Source: Folioceros fuciformis (Eukaryota). Taken from it: a stretch of DNA of 64,000 nt. Made by a program: the position numbers and the translations under genes. The notes below the pieces were generated by a model, which saw only the letters and a list, made by a program, of their open reading frames with translations, made no database searches and was not told the DNA's origin. Shown here piece after piece: positions 36,701-49,906 of the stretch; position 1 is the stretch's first letter; the number at the start of each line of letters is the position of its first letter. Where the stretch lies: assembly GCA_049999805.1 (NCBI GenBank), contig JBNGIO010005723.1, positions 1 to 64,000 of the forward strand. Direction: 5' to 3'.

Positions 36701-37440
36701 ATGAAAAGGGTAGGTTGCCTTGTCTTTGGAATGGAACAGTATCCAAGTCCCATGCAGAACGATGGCATTCGTTGATTCAAATTTGCGGTGATGCAGAATC
36801 TTTTCCGGGCAAGGATGGTCCCTTGTCTGTGCACATCGACACCTTTGCGGCAATGACTGGAGTCTCCCGGTTTTGTGATCAAGGGCCACCGTGGAGGTTG
36901 TTTGTCTCTTCACATTTCTTCCTTTTAACACTTTTGTCTGCCGAGAGTAAGCCAGTTTTTCTGCTCTCTTCTACACTCCCGTGTTTGTCTCCAGCTATTC
37001 AAAGCAGGAGATGGACACCTTCTCATTTGGGGAGAACAACTTCACCTTTCTTTTAGAGTAAGTGACCGACACTGTTCGTTGTTCATCAACATCCAAAATC
37101 GCTGGCTCGGTGATGCAAACTACTGACAATTCTTGGACTATCACACAGCACGATGGCAATCATTCCAGACTATAGGTGCTTGATGGGTGTTGAAGGTTAC
37201 AAACGAGCCAAGCTAGAAAAATCACTCCATCCCATACACTTGGTAAGTTTTCACAGGACGTATGCCATTACGATTCATTTTGTGTTATGACGTCATGCTT
37301 GTTTTCTGAACGTGCTGGGGCCCGTTCGTTGATTTTCACCCTTTGAAACCCGTTCTGCGCAGGTGACCGAGCCAGTTGTGTTCATCCACGGTCGCCTAGA
37401 TATCGACAGGGTGACAGGAACATGGCCTGGTTGTGAATGA
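33744..37440 (+). CDS. ALG12: Dol-P-Man alpha-1,6-mannosyltransferase ALG12/EBS4 (many short exons)
   Basis: [104 protein letters not shown]. Confidence 0.95.
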
Positions 37441-37600
37441 CCGGGGCATCGTATTGTTGACTGGTGCGGAGAGAATATTCTAATCTGGTCTGCTTGGACA
37501 TCAGAAAATTGCTAGGCACGGTTAGAAGCGCTCAAGTTCGCTGAAGGACCTACTTTATTTTCCATTCAAGTCGGACGGTAGAAAACTACAGTTATATAGA

Positions 37601-40600
37601 CTAAGGGCCGAACAAGTTGTGATGTGAATCTATTCGAACGACGATCTCCTCGTCATCGTCGGACTCTCTTGATTCGGAGTTGGGTATTAGAGGACGAAGC
37701 AAATCGGAAATAGAGTGGATGTTCGCGTTAGACAAGTACGCCTGAGTTGCAAGCGGTCTGCTTAGTCCTCCGGACTGAAGCAAATGTCCCGAATTGAGGC
37801 GCACCATTTTTCTCACAAGGGACGAGCTAGACCGAGGGCGGATGTAGCTCTCGGTGACATCGACACTTGAATGGCTGCCTTCTAGGCCCTTTTCCTGCAC
37901 ACACACGTCCAAGGTGCAGGCGCATTGGGAAACGCGAACTGCAACCTTGATTTTTAACTAGACTGCAGGAAAGAGGCGGTTCGACAACGCACCTGACTTC
38001 CGAAGAGGCCGAGCTCCATTGCCCTCGCCAGGTGCCGTGAAGATCTTCGTCTGGGCACAGTTTCTTCGGATCCTCCACTGACAGATGTTACTGACCCGTT
38101 CCTGCTTGCTGCCAAGCTTGTATGGAAGATTAGAACTCGGCTTCGAGACTCCGAATAGAAGTAGGTGTTCCGGCGTCCTGCCTCCTCACTTCCTGTGGGG
38201 TGGAAGGAGCAAGAGTTCTGCTCAAAACTGCCAAGCCCCCGACGTCCAAACGAAAGTCATTCCAAAGCAAGCAATCAGCGCATTCACCTGTGGCTTCTTC
38301 ACTCGACACTGAGGTAAGACCTGTGGGTGCTGTGATGATGCTGCTATCCACACCGTCTCGTTTCAGGTACCCTTCCAGCAGTATGCCAATCTCACCTTGG
38401 TTTAAGGTGATCATTTCCCTATCGATATAATCTACCAGTCGACCGCTTGCAGAAATGAGGGCTCTCAACTCCTGGATTGTGTGCTCTTCAAATACCTGGG
38501 GAAGGTAGATTTTTGCCAATGACACACCACTTTCCTGCAACATGTGGACCCGTTAGTTCACACAGGTTGTTTCTGTTAACTCTAACCGGTGATTAGTTTG
38601 CCTGCTCACCAGCCAAAAGAAAAGTTCGATCTCGGGATCTGATCCGATTGCATGCAGCAGGATCTGCCTTTCAATGAAGAAACAATGCACAGCCGTGTCG
38701 GTTTTGACTCTACAAATGCGGTTTCTCCCTGTCAGAACTTCATACAAGCCCAGGGTTGCACCATGCGAGAAAGATGGGTGAACCACGTAGTCTACGACGT
38801 CCTCTTTACTCCACTGCAAGGACCAGCAGAGCGCATGTCAACCTCTAGAATCAAAGATCTGAGCAGGAAAAAAATGTCAGAAGACTTGGAGGCTGTAACT
38901 GACCTTCACCACTCCATTTGCAATCAACCAAATACCATCGGGGTTTGAACCCTCTTCGAATAGGATTGAACGACGGACTCTCATGTATTCGCGAGCTGAC
39001 TCTATCAGAGGCTTCTGAATGTTTGCAGGCAGTGCTCCAATCAGAGGTTGAATCCTCAGCACTTCTCCGGGTGCTGGTATGTTCACGGTTGGTGGATCTC
39101 GCAGTAGTTTCTTCAGATTCATCTGCACAGACCGTTTGCTTCTGTGAGGGCACTCCGTGAAAAGCCATATGATTCAGATCGGAGCTTGTTGGCAAGCATG
39201 CACTTGGCCAGGAGAGATGTAAACTGACCTGAATTGTTTCATGGAGCTGTGTGGTCTCTCTCAGCTCAAGGAGCCCGCAATGCTGAAGATGGCGAATGTA
39301 GCCATGGAGATGCTGAAGCGTTGCTCTGGAAATCTGTTTGTCTTTGATAACTCGTAACACCTGACACCGTGGTCCCAGCCACCGTTCAGCAACGGCAGAA
39401 TCATCACTGGACTACACCCACTGCATGAGAATCCCTCACCTGCGGGAAGGTAATTCGGACATCTTCAAGGAAAGTCTGAGCAGCTGCCCCTTCTTCCTCA
39501 CTCTCATTCAACACTCTAACGGCGTAGGAACTTCCCCCTGAACCAAGTTCCGCAAACACAGTCAGATGCCTTGCTTACATGACGGATTTCAGACCGGACA
39601 TCCTGTCAAACCCAAGGATTGAAGGGGCAACATGCTGGCATCTGAACGTTGTACCAATGAACTGGTGCAGCTGCTGGCGAGCCAATCTATGACCCCGGAG
39701 AAATGCTGCCGAGATGTAACAGGCTAGCTCCAGTCTTTCAACCAGCAGTAAGGAGGTGAGTTTCGCAGGAAGAAAAGCCAAGTGGGTGTTCCTCCTCTGC
39801 ACATACTTGTAGTGTCGTGGAAAGCGTACATAACTAGCAAGCCCTTTCCAGTCGTTGATAGGGGTACTGGTATGAGTCACCTCGTCCACAGCAACGTTTA
39901 CTGATTCCATGAGTATGATGGCTGCAGTTTGTGTGACTCTGCCCTCCTCCAGCATTCCCCAATAGGCTGCTTGCAAACCTGGAAGTTGAGGTCTACACAT
40001 TGATCACATAGCTCCTGACGTTGATGACCTGAAACTTTGACATCATCCAGAAACAGCCCTTCATGATACTTACCATTCAAGAACCGTATGCGAGTGTCCT
40101 GAAGAAGTAAGTCCTGCAGGTGGGTTTGAGAGGAAAGTGAATCATGCGGATGGAGATGCTTGCTGTCCTCTGTACTTGCTCTAATAGAGCTCAAGTACTT
40201 GCGCACAACCGTCCAATCTCCAGGGCCAAGCTCTTCATCCTCGCCCAGCTCTGCGAATGCACTTACAGCTTTGCTGTATATCTCATTTTCCACGAATTCG
40301 AGAATGCGTGTCTGCTCAGCATGGCAAGCAAGTTAACGTGAGCAAGCAAGCAGCATGCATGCAACGGGAGCTGTTGGACTCTCAAAAGGGATGACTATAC
40401 GAAGGACGAGCATATCTTCATGGAATTCGGACCTTAGCTTCCGATGGCCTTGTCAGTTTCAGAACCTTGATCAGGTACTGAGCCGTGGATCCATTGATAA
40501 TGAGGGTTAAAAACACAACACCTCCTGTAAAGAAAATGAACTGTATGCCACAGCCCAGAGTACGAGTACGAGTGCTGTTTGTTAGATCACTGGCAACTGA

Positions 40601-43071
40601 TTGACAATCGCCTGTGCATGAAAGCTCTTTAGAATGACCTACCCTCGCCTCTGTTTGTTTTGAAATCACCCAGTTGTCCAATGAATCCCAGTCTGCTGGT
40701 TTCTGCACAGATGTTCAAAGAGGAGAAGCAGCCTGAGGAGAGCGCAAACCGGACACGCCTCTGCAAAGCCGTCAATTGGAATAACATCACTTACAGCTAC
40801 AGAGAGAGCAAGAGAGAGAGCGACGGCCCCTCGAAGACCAGACCAGATGAGGACAGTAGCCTCCTTCCAGTCAAGCCCATAACCGTAATATCTCAGCGCT
40901 GGGTACAAGATCGTAACCACCAGAAGTCTTGAAAGCTGTACACCCAGATACAGAATTCCTAGATAAATCCAGTCCTGCCCTGTATCAATCAGGAAATTTC
41001 GAATAAGATCTCAACTCCATGTCCCTTGTTAAAGCAGACTCACATTGAAATCCCACCAAACACAACCGATCTCACCTTCAATATTATCATATGTCCTCAG
41101 AATGCTCTCAGCTATGACTGTTCCACTGAAACCAAACCAAAAATGTAGTTCACATCAACATATGGAATCTCGCGTACATCCTCGACATACGTCATCAGTC
41201 ACTACTGTAGAGCGAGAAGCCAACCTGAGTATAAATATGAGGGTATTTGCAACGTATGCAATCATCTCCCTGAATTACAACAACAACACAACTTTGTTAG
41301 ACTGTAGTCAGCTACACAAGACTGCCACGGCCCAAGGTCAGGTGATATGTTGCTCACCAAAAGTGATGAATACTCTCCTGACTTTCACCAGCAAAAGCGG
41401 TCTTTCCAAAAGCTGCAAAAAAGCTGCACAAGTTCCTTTCACAGTCATCAATGATCCCCATCTTGGCCCTAAAACCTGAAAGAACGAAGAAAGAAAGCAA
41501 GAAGAACGGATGGAGCAAGCTGGCAGAATGGCTTACATTCCAACTGTCATGACTGTGAGAACACCTGATACCCCAGCTTGATCCTCCGCCTGCCAGGCAA
41601 GCCAGATTTTGTGTACGTGCGCGCTGGAACACAATCATCCTTCAAATACAAAGTGTGCATAGAAACGACGAGCTTACAATGAAAAATGCCATGTAGCTTG
41701 CAGTAATTGTCAACGTGATCTCAAGGACTGTGTCACTAAATAGTGTTCCCACCCACAAAACCGATAAAGCTCCCACCAGCAATCCCAATGCCACACTGCA
41801 ATGGCGGTAGCTTAGGAGAGCTCAGGCAAATAGCTGAACGACAGTTCGAACCAAACCATAGGATATGTGTAGGTTTCATACGTACGCTCCAAAAGCGACT
41901 TGAGACAAGAATGCAAGCGTTTGTGTCGAACTGAACTGTTGGCCCATCACCATGCTGAGAAAAAGCCTAAACACAACTATGGCCACCCTGGACACAGGAC
42001 AATGAGAAGAGGAAGAAAAGTTAACATGAGATGTTGAACACAGTTCTGGCAATGAACCACAAAAGTGCATGAATGCCGGATATCATGGTGGCAGATCACA
42101 CCTTCCAGGGGACATACCCGTCATTAATCAAAGATTCGCCCTCAATTATGGTGTTGAGCTTCTTGCTGGTGCCAAGCTCTTTAAGCAACGCAACAACAGC
42201 CACAGGATCCGTGGCACTCAGCAAACCTCCGAGCAGAAACGATGTGGCCCAGTTCCATCCGTAGGGGAAAAGGAACTACGACAGGAGAGTGAAATGGGTC
42301 TTGAATTCAAACGTCTTGCCACACTATGCAGCGCATATTGCGTCACTCACTGTGCAGGAAGATTTTGGTGAAAAAATATACTCACCATATTCACCAAGCC
42401 GAGACAGCATGTTGAGATGACCACTCCTGGGCCAGCAAGGAGGACCATCTGGATCAAGCATTTCTGTCGGACAGGCACGCGATTTTAGACTTCGTACACG
42501 GCATTCATGAGACCGTGACAGAAGCAGCAATCGCTGAAATCAGTTACCTTAATCTGGTGAACATCCATCCCAAACGAGCTCTCGAAAAGAAGGGCAGGCA
42601 GAAACACGAACAGAATAAGATTGGGATTGATATTAGCCCCTGAAACGAAACAAGAAGAAGGTGAGCGGAGGTGAGGCTACATCCCGTCCAGAAATGCTTT
42701 GCGGGCTGCGCCTGCAACGCTTTATTCGACGTTAGAGCTGCACTAGTTCCTGGTTGCTACTCACACTGCCGGATGCTGAGACCCAAGACTCCAAGGCCAT
42801 TGCTTGTTCCATATTCTACAGCAGCAAATCCAACCACCAGAGTGAGGGACCCAAAAAGCAAACAGCAAAGCCAGGGTGTGAAGGGCGAATCCGTACCCAG
42901 CGATCCAAGCCCAATTCCCAGTAGCAACAATGCGACAGTATACGGAACACGTGTCCCTTTAAGAAGCTGGCGAGACGCTAGTCCCAGCAGGAGAGACACT
43001 CCGAGGAAGAGCACGGCCACCTCCGGTCGGCCTCCCTCCTCAACACCATAGCCATGAGCCTCGCTTGCCAT
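37601..43071 (-). CDS. SOS1: Plasma-membrane Na+/H+ antiporter SOS1/NHX7 with cyclic-nucleotide-binding-like domain (multi-exon)
   Basis: TRVPYTVALLLLG, FLPALLFESSF, LLSATDPVAVVALLKELG, IEGESLMNDG, WSGLRGAVALSL, FFTGGVVFLTLIING, QAAYWGMLEEGR, HPSFSHGATLGLYEVL, C-terminal EEIVVRIDS. Confidence 0.96.
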
Positions 43072-43520
43072 GCTACCGATCCGCAGCGTCTGTATCACTG
43101 CCCATCAACTGGGCCTGAATTATTCCTGCAGCTTGGGTGCAATACAATCTGTGAAGTAGCACCCCAACCGGGATGGCTCTGCCTCAAGCAAGGCTCCTTG
43201 TACTGAGCCTTGTATCACAGGGCCATGCCCCAGTGATTCCCTCCCTCTTCCCGGCTCCTGCTTACTGCCCAATGCCCCAACGATTCCCGTCGGTTTCCAG
43301 GCTCGGGGTTCAGGTCCTGAACAGACAGAGTCGTGATCACCACAGCGTATGCGGACTTGAAAATAGCTGAGAGGCAGGGAGATCGTGACTCTGTCCTGGG
43401 CTGGCAGAGACTGGAAGCAACCTCAGTGAAAGATGCCGTCTCCGCTCTGCAGTCCAGTCAGCCGATCCAATGACAGCTCAAGGAATTAATGGTCAAACAG
43501 TACGTATCAGCCTGACGGAT

Positions 43521-43644
43521 GAGCCCTGGAAATCAGGCTGGCCGAGAATGGGAAGTGGGTCCTGCTCACAAGAACAAGAGCAGACGAGCCTTGGGAATCA
43601 CCTGGCCGGGAAGGGGAGTGGGTCCTGCTCACAGGAACAAGAGC
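43521..43644. repeat. Imperfect ~62-bp direct duplication upstream of SOS1
   Basis: GAGCC.TGG.AATCA..CTGGCCG...GAGTGGGTCCTGCTCACA.GAACAAGAGC occurs twice. Confidence 0.7.
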
Positions 43645-44877
43645 TGGTATTACACTCATGCTCTCTCTTCCTCACCTATCCTCTCTCATCCACCAATTAC
43701 ATCTCGTGTACAGTACCTCTCCTATTGGTTTGCAGGTACATATGTCCGTACTGTATGTCGTCCACACCGACCCCGGATGCGACCAGCAAGCAGCGAGCGA
43801 AAAGGCTGGAAAGCACCAACGTAGGTACATACATACATATATATGTAGCTGCTTCAGCTTTAATTGAACACGAAATTGCTAAAATTGAAGTACCTGCCTG
43901 GACGACTGTAGCTGGGGACACTTGGGTCTCACTAATATGAACTCAGATGCAGAAACCAACATTACAAAGCTACAAGCGAAGCGATGGTTTGGTTGTTATA
44001 CCAAGATAATCTACTACTCTAACATCAATGTCGAATAAAGAGAGTTAGAACTACTAATCTTGAGATGAAGACTAGACATAGAATCCACTCGCTTGAATAC
44101 TTACTTAATAGATGGATGGAGAAAAAAAACATGTAGCATGACCAGGGCCCAAGACCAGGTAAGGCAAGCCTTGGGCTGATGGAAACAACGCTTTTTTATC
44201 AAGAAACGGAGCACGAACGCAAGCACTTTCTGAGACGTGCCAACTTTGTAACCAAAGAAGAGGAAAATTATTTAAAGGATGTCATGATATCGGGATAGGG
44301 AACGCAATTTAGCAAACGTTGGTGACAAACGAGAAGGATGTTCACTGTACATATGCATTATTGTACGTGTCCAGGAGAGAACAGATGAACCAAAGCCATC
44401 CATTCACTTTCTCCTGCTGTGCCTGCAGCTCCCACGGACAAGCTAGGGCCCACGTTGGGACGACCATGAGAAATAATCGTGGATTCCTACACCCTACACT
44501 TCCAGACTCGGTCTCGGACTTGGCTTTCGAAAGATAAAAACAAAAAGCTGCGGGACAACAGGGATACACATCTGGTGCTGGTCCGAGGCAGCGCAAGACC
44601 AAACGGCTGCCACAGCCGGGCTCCATTTTCAATACATGAGATCCCAAGTGTCAGCGCGGGGCATGTGCGCAGACATGATTCACTGGCAACTTTTTAGGAT
44701 GCAAAAAGCTGTGCTCCTCAACACGTGTGCAGACGACTTCCCGATCTTCGCGTGGATCGGAGCTTTCAGCCGCTGCCCGGGAGGCCTTCTCAGGTCTTGG
44801 CGTCTGCTGCAGTGATCTTTTAAGGAAATGCGTGTGGACAGTCAGGCCAACAACAGCCAATAAATCTCTACACTTTG

Positions 44878-47800
44878 TCACTTCGGCTTGCTCATATCTC
44901 GCCGCACTGTCAGTTTTTCTCTTCTCGCGCCGTCTCCATTCCCAGCCTCAGAGGGTTCGAATTGGGGGCCCTCCATCTTGTGTTCTGCAGCCTCTGATTG
45001 CTGTTCGCCACCAGCTGTCGACCATGTAGATGTCTTCGGTAATTTATCTTCAAAGTTCTTTGGAAAATTCAGCACTGCAGCAGCTCCGAGCTCTTTGAAC
45101 GCTGCTTTGTCATAGGCGTGGGCTGCTTCTATCGCAGACTTGAAGTTTCCACAATAAAAAGGCAGGTGATTCCTGTCGTTGTAAAACATTGCATGATACA
45201 AACCACCAGTCTCGCAGACTCCATAATACTCACCTGTCCCCCCTGACAAAGGATGATAACAACTTGCCGACCTAGGCAGCAGTTCCTCAGGAGACAGCTT
45301 CAGGTTAGGAGACTCGCCAAATTGCCAGAACCAGAGCTGATCATACACTCTAGCAGCCTCCTCCGCGGTCACAAAGGATCCCAGATAAGTGTGCCGTTTG
45401 GCGAGAGGGTTATAATATATACACTTAAACTTCATCCCATTAGAGTATACACCTTTGTAGTGCCGATGAAGTGTCTTCCCTGGCTTCCTTTGCCGACGTT
45501 TTCTCTCATCATCTGCAACTGGTACATCGGCGGGCTCCACCAAGGGTTTCGTCTTCATCACAAAAGGGCTGTCATCTGCACTGATTGATCTTGTTTTAAC
45601 CTCACGATCCTCGTCATATGCTTCATCATTTTGCACCTCAAACTTTTGGGATAACTTACTGCCACTACAAACTTTTCCCTGCTCCTCTTCGGCCAGTTTA
45701 CTTTGATGCCCCAACGCCTTCACATTAGAGGCAGATGATGGCCGCCACTGACGCTCGTCAGATGCATGTCCTACAGCAACCTTCTTCCGGGTCTTCACTC
45801 TCTGCTTCTTTGCTGCAGGAACATTTAGACCATATCGCTCCGGAAAATTCAACCGCTTTATGTTTCCGGATCGTTTAAACACCATGTCATCATAAGCCTT
45901 GGCTGCTTCTACTGCCGAGTCAAAGGTTCCCACATATATATGCTGTTTCGTTGCCGCCAAATACATTTTTGACTTGAAACGCCCTCCGGCCGTGGCCTGA
46001 ACACCAATGTACGGACATCTTCTCGGAGGTCTTTTCAAGTCTGACCTTCCAGCTACATCTTTTCCAGAATCAGGTCCCCCTCCCACGTGCCTTTGGTTCT
46101 TGATTGAACTTGTGCTCTGCAATCGTTTCTCCAAACCTGTGCAGGAGTCGGTCTGTGCCCTTGTACCTATTCCCTCAGCTTGCTCATCGCTGTCACCAGC
46201 TGGACTCCTGACTGAAATACCTGCATCATCCTTAGGGCCATGATTCAGCCTACTCTGACCTAGCATGGCTCTCCTTTTAGATGTTGTCTTGTAGATGCGG
46301 CCGTATTCAGACTTCAAGTCTTGGAACATGTATTCATCCACTGTGTCAGTTGACAATCCAGATGAAATGCGTCGTCGGCGAAATTCATCTCCAGGCATAT
46401 GTTCCCCTTGAAGAGGTTGGTTGAACTCCTGACCATCCTCTGAAAGGAGCTCATCACCACTGCTTGACAGCGAGTTATCGTGATGTGAAATAGAGCCACG
46501 CTTTCTTTTCAACCTGGATCGATCAGCAGATCTGGAGAATCTCTTCAGCCTAGCATAATCATATCCAGAGTCACTTGCATCTGAAGCAAAATCCTCGGAA
46601 TCTGCCTCCTCAGATGCAGTATAGTCATCACTGAAGTTACTATGATCACTCTGGGAAACCTGTTGAGGTAGGTCTGCATAAGAAATGGAGTGTTCATACT
46701 GGGAAGCCTCTTGAGGTGGGACTGCATAAGGAACAGAGTGATAGTCCTGTGATATTTCTTGAGGTGGGACTGCATAAGGAACGGAGTCACCACCACCACC
46801 ACCACCACCACCACCGGGTGCTGAGTTCAAATCCACATGACCTGACTTTCTTTTCAACCAATGAGCGATTTTAACAGCTCGATCTCTAGCTCCACTTCCT
46901 TTGTTTGCCTTCAACGCAGCAACAGGCTTATGACTCTTCCTGGAAGCCAATGGAATGGGACCCTTGTCCTTTTGGGCAGAGGCTGCCCACTCGGGAAAGT
47001 TAAGGTGTGATGTGGCACCACACTGAACTGCTAGCTGATCCCGTGCACATGCAGCTTCAAGGTCAGTCTCAAACATACCCACGTACACCTTCCTCTTCTC
47101 ATTCCTGTCGTAGAAACTTGCCTCATATCGTCCTGTGCTCCACTTCTTGGTCACACCGAAGAGCTTATGATCACCACCACTAGTTTTTGGAACAGCTAAT
47201 GGATTAGCCCGCCCCGAGTCTGATGCCGATCGGCCACCAGTAGCTTGAACAACTAGACTTTTATCAGCCGACCCATGGGATGTCTTTATATCTCTCGGGA
47301 TGTGTCCAGGTGTGGGAGTTCTCACAAGGTCTGGATCACCCAGTGAGAAGTCTGCAGCAGCACTAGGCACCTTCTTCCTATGCCGCCGTCTAGCAGGGCC
47401 AGTTTCTGGTTCACTGACCGGTTTTTGGTTCGACATACCGCCTTTGCCTGTGTGAGTTCGTGACTTCTCGCCACTCTGGCCTGGAGCTTCATCAGACTTT
47501 TGATGCGCTGCGGTGCCCGGAGAGGCCCCTTTCTGCTTGTTGCTGTCAACAATAACATTTGCAATCACCCGATCTCTTGCAGTGACTGCCTCTTCCCTTG
47601 TGTCAAATCTCCCAACGTAGATCATCTTCTTTGTCAGCTTATTATACACGCTGGCTTCATACCTACCAGTATTGATTCTTCTTACACCAAGAGACCTACT
47701 TTCCTGAACATACTTTTCCACTGATGAGCAATCAATGGGCTTTGACTGTCTGCTTGTGCTCCGTGAAGTATTCGCACCTGCAAGTTGATGAGGAGGTTTC

Positions 47801-49254
47801 ACAAGGCTCTGATGTTGAGTTCGTGAGATCCCTGGTGTTGGTGTATGGAGTTCCCTCCCCTCAATACCCATTTCTGTGTCCATTTCAGTCTCAGTAGATG
47901 TATCGGGACGAGCTTCCAGCACTCGTTCACCAGCACTACCTGGAACTGGCTCAACAGTCATAGCAGAGGCAGCAGGGGCGGCTGGCTTGACTGCAGAGAC
48001 TTGTTCACCCGATACATCCTGCGTTTCACTGTGAGGCCAAGGTAATGATGGTTCCGCATCCTCAGATCCTTCACCAAAGTTTGTGCTTGCACCTGTCCCA
48101 CGAATTAAGCGAGCAGCATCATCGTAAGCACTTGCGGCAAGGGCCTCTGTATCAAAGGTGCCTAACCACACACGACCTTCAGGGGTACATATCTCTGCTC
48201 CATATGTACCCCAGGGACGCCTCCGCACACCAACAAACTTAGAAAGCCCACGCTGAGCAGACCCTCGCTTCTTTGAGGAAGAGTCGTTTCCACAATCCTT
48301 GCTCAGACAGCCAGACCCTGAAAGATCGATTCGCTCCATGTCCACCTGCTGCCATTTTACAGCTCTCGCTACGCGAGACACAGAACACAGCCCTACTCTA
48401 GTCAGTTCCACAGGTCCGACATCAATTCCACCATCAACAGTAACCCCAGCATGTTCCTGGCCAGCAGAGTCAGCCATAAGAAACGGGGGAGATGCTGAGA
48501 GAGGTAAACTCTCCAGAAACTTGGACGACTTTCTACTTCCTTTTCTTTCAGCAGTAAATGCCGACGGGCTACTATTCTGGCCGGCATCCCCTGTACGGTG
48601 ATTGGAAGAATCTGGACACACAAATTCTCTCTTAAACCGCTTGGAAGGCCTGCAATCGACCCTGAGCCCCTTGTCGGAGACAAAATCACCTGGTGCAGAA
48701 TCCGACAAGGAGCTTCTTTCCATAATATCCACATGGTGAGCAACCGAGGCTGCCATCACAACAACAGAAAACTCTCCCAGTGTCGACGACTGTTTCATGA
48801 GCTGCTTCCGTTTCAAACCTGCAAAATTCTCCTTCATGGTTGAGTGCATCAAACAAAACCTGCACCAGGTTTCCACCACAAGGACCATGTTAACAATTGG
48901 TTCAAGTCCAGGAATCATGTGTGCCACTAACTTTTTGCAAGCCACATTGCACACGAGAGGTGACAGTTTGGGACAGAACCTGGGATCTCTAGTCTTGAGG
49001 TAGACCGAGAACTGGCACCGCACATTCGTCAAATTTTCCACATGGTCGCACTGCTTGTAGGGAGCCTCGTGGTCTTCCAGTATGTGCCATATACAGAACC
49101 GATACCCATGTACACGATAGTGATTACATTTCTGCTTTGCAGACTCACAGAAGCCACTGCCATAACATCGGGGCTTCTCCATTAACTTGCGCTCATATCT
49201 TGGAGTCCCGGATTGAGACATCGCTGGGACACCTTCTCTCACACCTACAGCCAT
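44878..49254 (-). CDS. Large nuclear protein: N-terminal C3Hc3H-type zinc finger plus six AP2/ERF-like domains
   Basis: [30 protein letters not shown]...RC...PR|FCLMH after removing in-frame intron 48860-48979; AP2-like units at ~48076-48240, 47565-47695, 46993-47163, 45841-46011, 45295-45459, 45061-45228; start and 3' end approximate. Confidence 0.85.
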   Translation of the reverse strand: MAVGVREGVPAMSQSGTPRYERKLMEKPRCYGSGFCESAKQKCNHYRVHGYRFCIWHILEDHEAPYKQCDHVENLTNVRCQFSVYLKTRDPRFCPKLSPLVCNVACKKLVAHMIPGLEPIVNMVLVVETWCRFCLMHSTMKENFAGLKRKQLMKQSSTLGEFSVVVMAASVAHHVDIMERSSLSDSAPGDFVSDKGLRVDCRPSKRFKREFVCPDSSNHRTGDAGQNSSPSAFTAERKGSRKSSKFLESLPLSASPPFLMADSAGQEHAGVTVDGGIDVGPVELTRVGLCSVSRVARAVKWQQVDMERIDLSGSGCLSKDCGNDSSSKKRGSAQRGLSKFVGVRRRPWGTYGAEICTPEGRVWLGTFDTEALAASAYDDAARLIRGTGASTNFGEGSEDAEPSLPWPHSETQDVSGEQVSAVKPAAPAASAMTVEPVPGSAGERVLEARPDTSTETEMDTEMGIEGRELHTPTPGISRTQHQSLVKPPHQLAGANTSRSTSRQSKPIDCSSVEKYVQESRSLGVRRINTGRYEASVYNKLTKKMIYVGRFDTREEAVTARDRVIANVIVDSNKQKGASPGTAAHQKSDEAPGQSGEKSRTHTGKGGMSNQKPVSEPETGPARRRHRKKVPSAAADFSLGDPDLVRTPTPGHIPRDIKTSHGSADKSLVVQATGGRSASDSGRANPLAVPKTSGGDHKLFGVTKKWSTGRYEASFYDRNEKRKVYVGMFETDLEAACARDQLAVQCGATSHLNFPEWAASAQKDKGPIPLASRKSHKPVAALKANKGSGARDRAVKIAHWLKRKSGHVDLNSAPGGGGGGGGGDSVPYAVPPQEISQDYHSVPYAVPPQEASQYEHSISYADLPQQVSQSDHSNFSDDYTASEEADSEDFASDASDSGYDYARLKRFSRSADRSRLKRKRGSISHHDNSLSSSGDELLSEDGQEFNQPLQGEHMPGDEFRRRRISSGLSTDTVDEYMFQDLKSEYGRIYKTTSKRRAMLGQSRLNHGPKDDAGISVRSPAGDSDEQAEGIGTRAQTDSCTGLEKRLQSTSSIKNQRHVGGGPDSGKDVAGRSDLKRPPRRCPYIGVQATAGGRFKSKMYLAATKQHIYVGTFDSAVEAAKAYDDMVFKRSGNIKRLNFPERYGLNVPAAKKQRVKTRKKVAVGHASDERQWRPSSASNVKALGHQSKLAEEEQGKVCSGSKLSQKFEVQNDEAYDEDREVKTRSISADDSPFVMKTKPLVEPADVPVADDERKRRQRKPGKTLHRHYKGVYSNGMKFKCIYYNPLAKRHTYLGSFVTAEEAARVYDQLWFWQFGESPNLKLSPEELLPRSASCYHPLSGGTGEYYGVCETGGLYHAMFYNDRNHLPFYCGNFKSAIEAAHAYDKAAFKELGAAAVLNFPKNFEDKLPKTSTWSTAGGEQQSEAAEHKMEGPQFEPSEAGNGDGARREKLTVRRDMSKPK

Positions 49255-49906
49255 GGAATGCAAACCTTTCAAGACCCGAGGCTGATCAGCTCGTCGTAAC
49301 ACCAATTGAACTCCTACCTTCTCCCGCCAGGGGCGGCGACAAGCCCAGCGAAGCCACCTTGCTTTACAAGCTTCCGGGAACCTGCTCTCCAAGGAACTCC
49401 CGGCTTCTTTCACAGGCAAAATCAGGATCTAATGCGTTAAGTCCTGGATTCAAGTCTCCTCCGAGCCCGCACATCTTTTTGTGGAGCCGAGACCTAGTCC
49501 CCACAGTCTTGAGCTACCCATCGTTCCTTCCAAACGCATTTCTGCGTGGCGATCATCGACACATCATATTTCACGCCTCTTAAGGTCGTGGATCAAGTCG
49601 CTAACACAGTTCACCTCAAGGACAACCTCCAGCACCGCTCTTAGACACGAGAGCCGATCAAGTCAGAGACGTACACGCACGCCCATTGTGGCTCGTCAAG
49701 CAAGATTGAATTACACGAGCGTTACGTGAATAAACAATGTCATTCCAGACTTACTATAATCTGGGCTAAAGAGAAATTACTAAGGAGTTAACGTATCAGG
49801 CACTGTTTGCTTTGAATTCCGCATTCCCGGGATTCGACAAACTGAAGAGACCCAAGACAGGGAGGCCAATACTGTTCTCGCATCTTTCTCTTTGTTGGCG
49901 CCAGGC

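Noticed and set aside
27389-37440. ALG14 and ALG12 as an N-glycosylation gene cluster
   Set aside because: Separated by unrelated genes; plausible by chance in a gene-dense genome without synteny evidence
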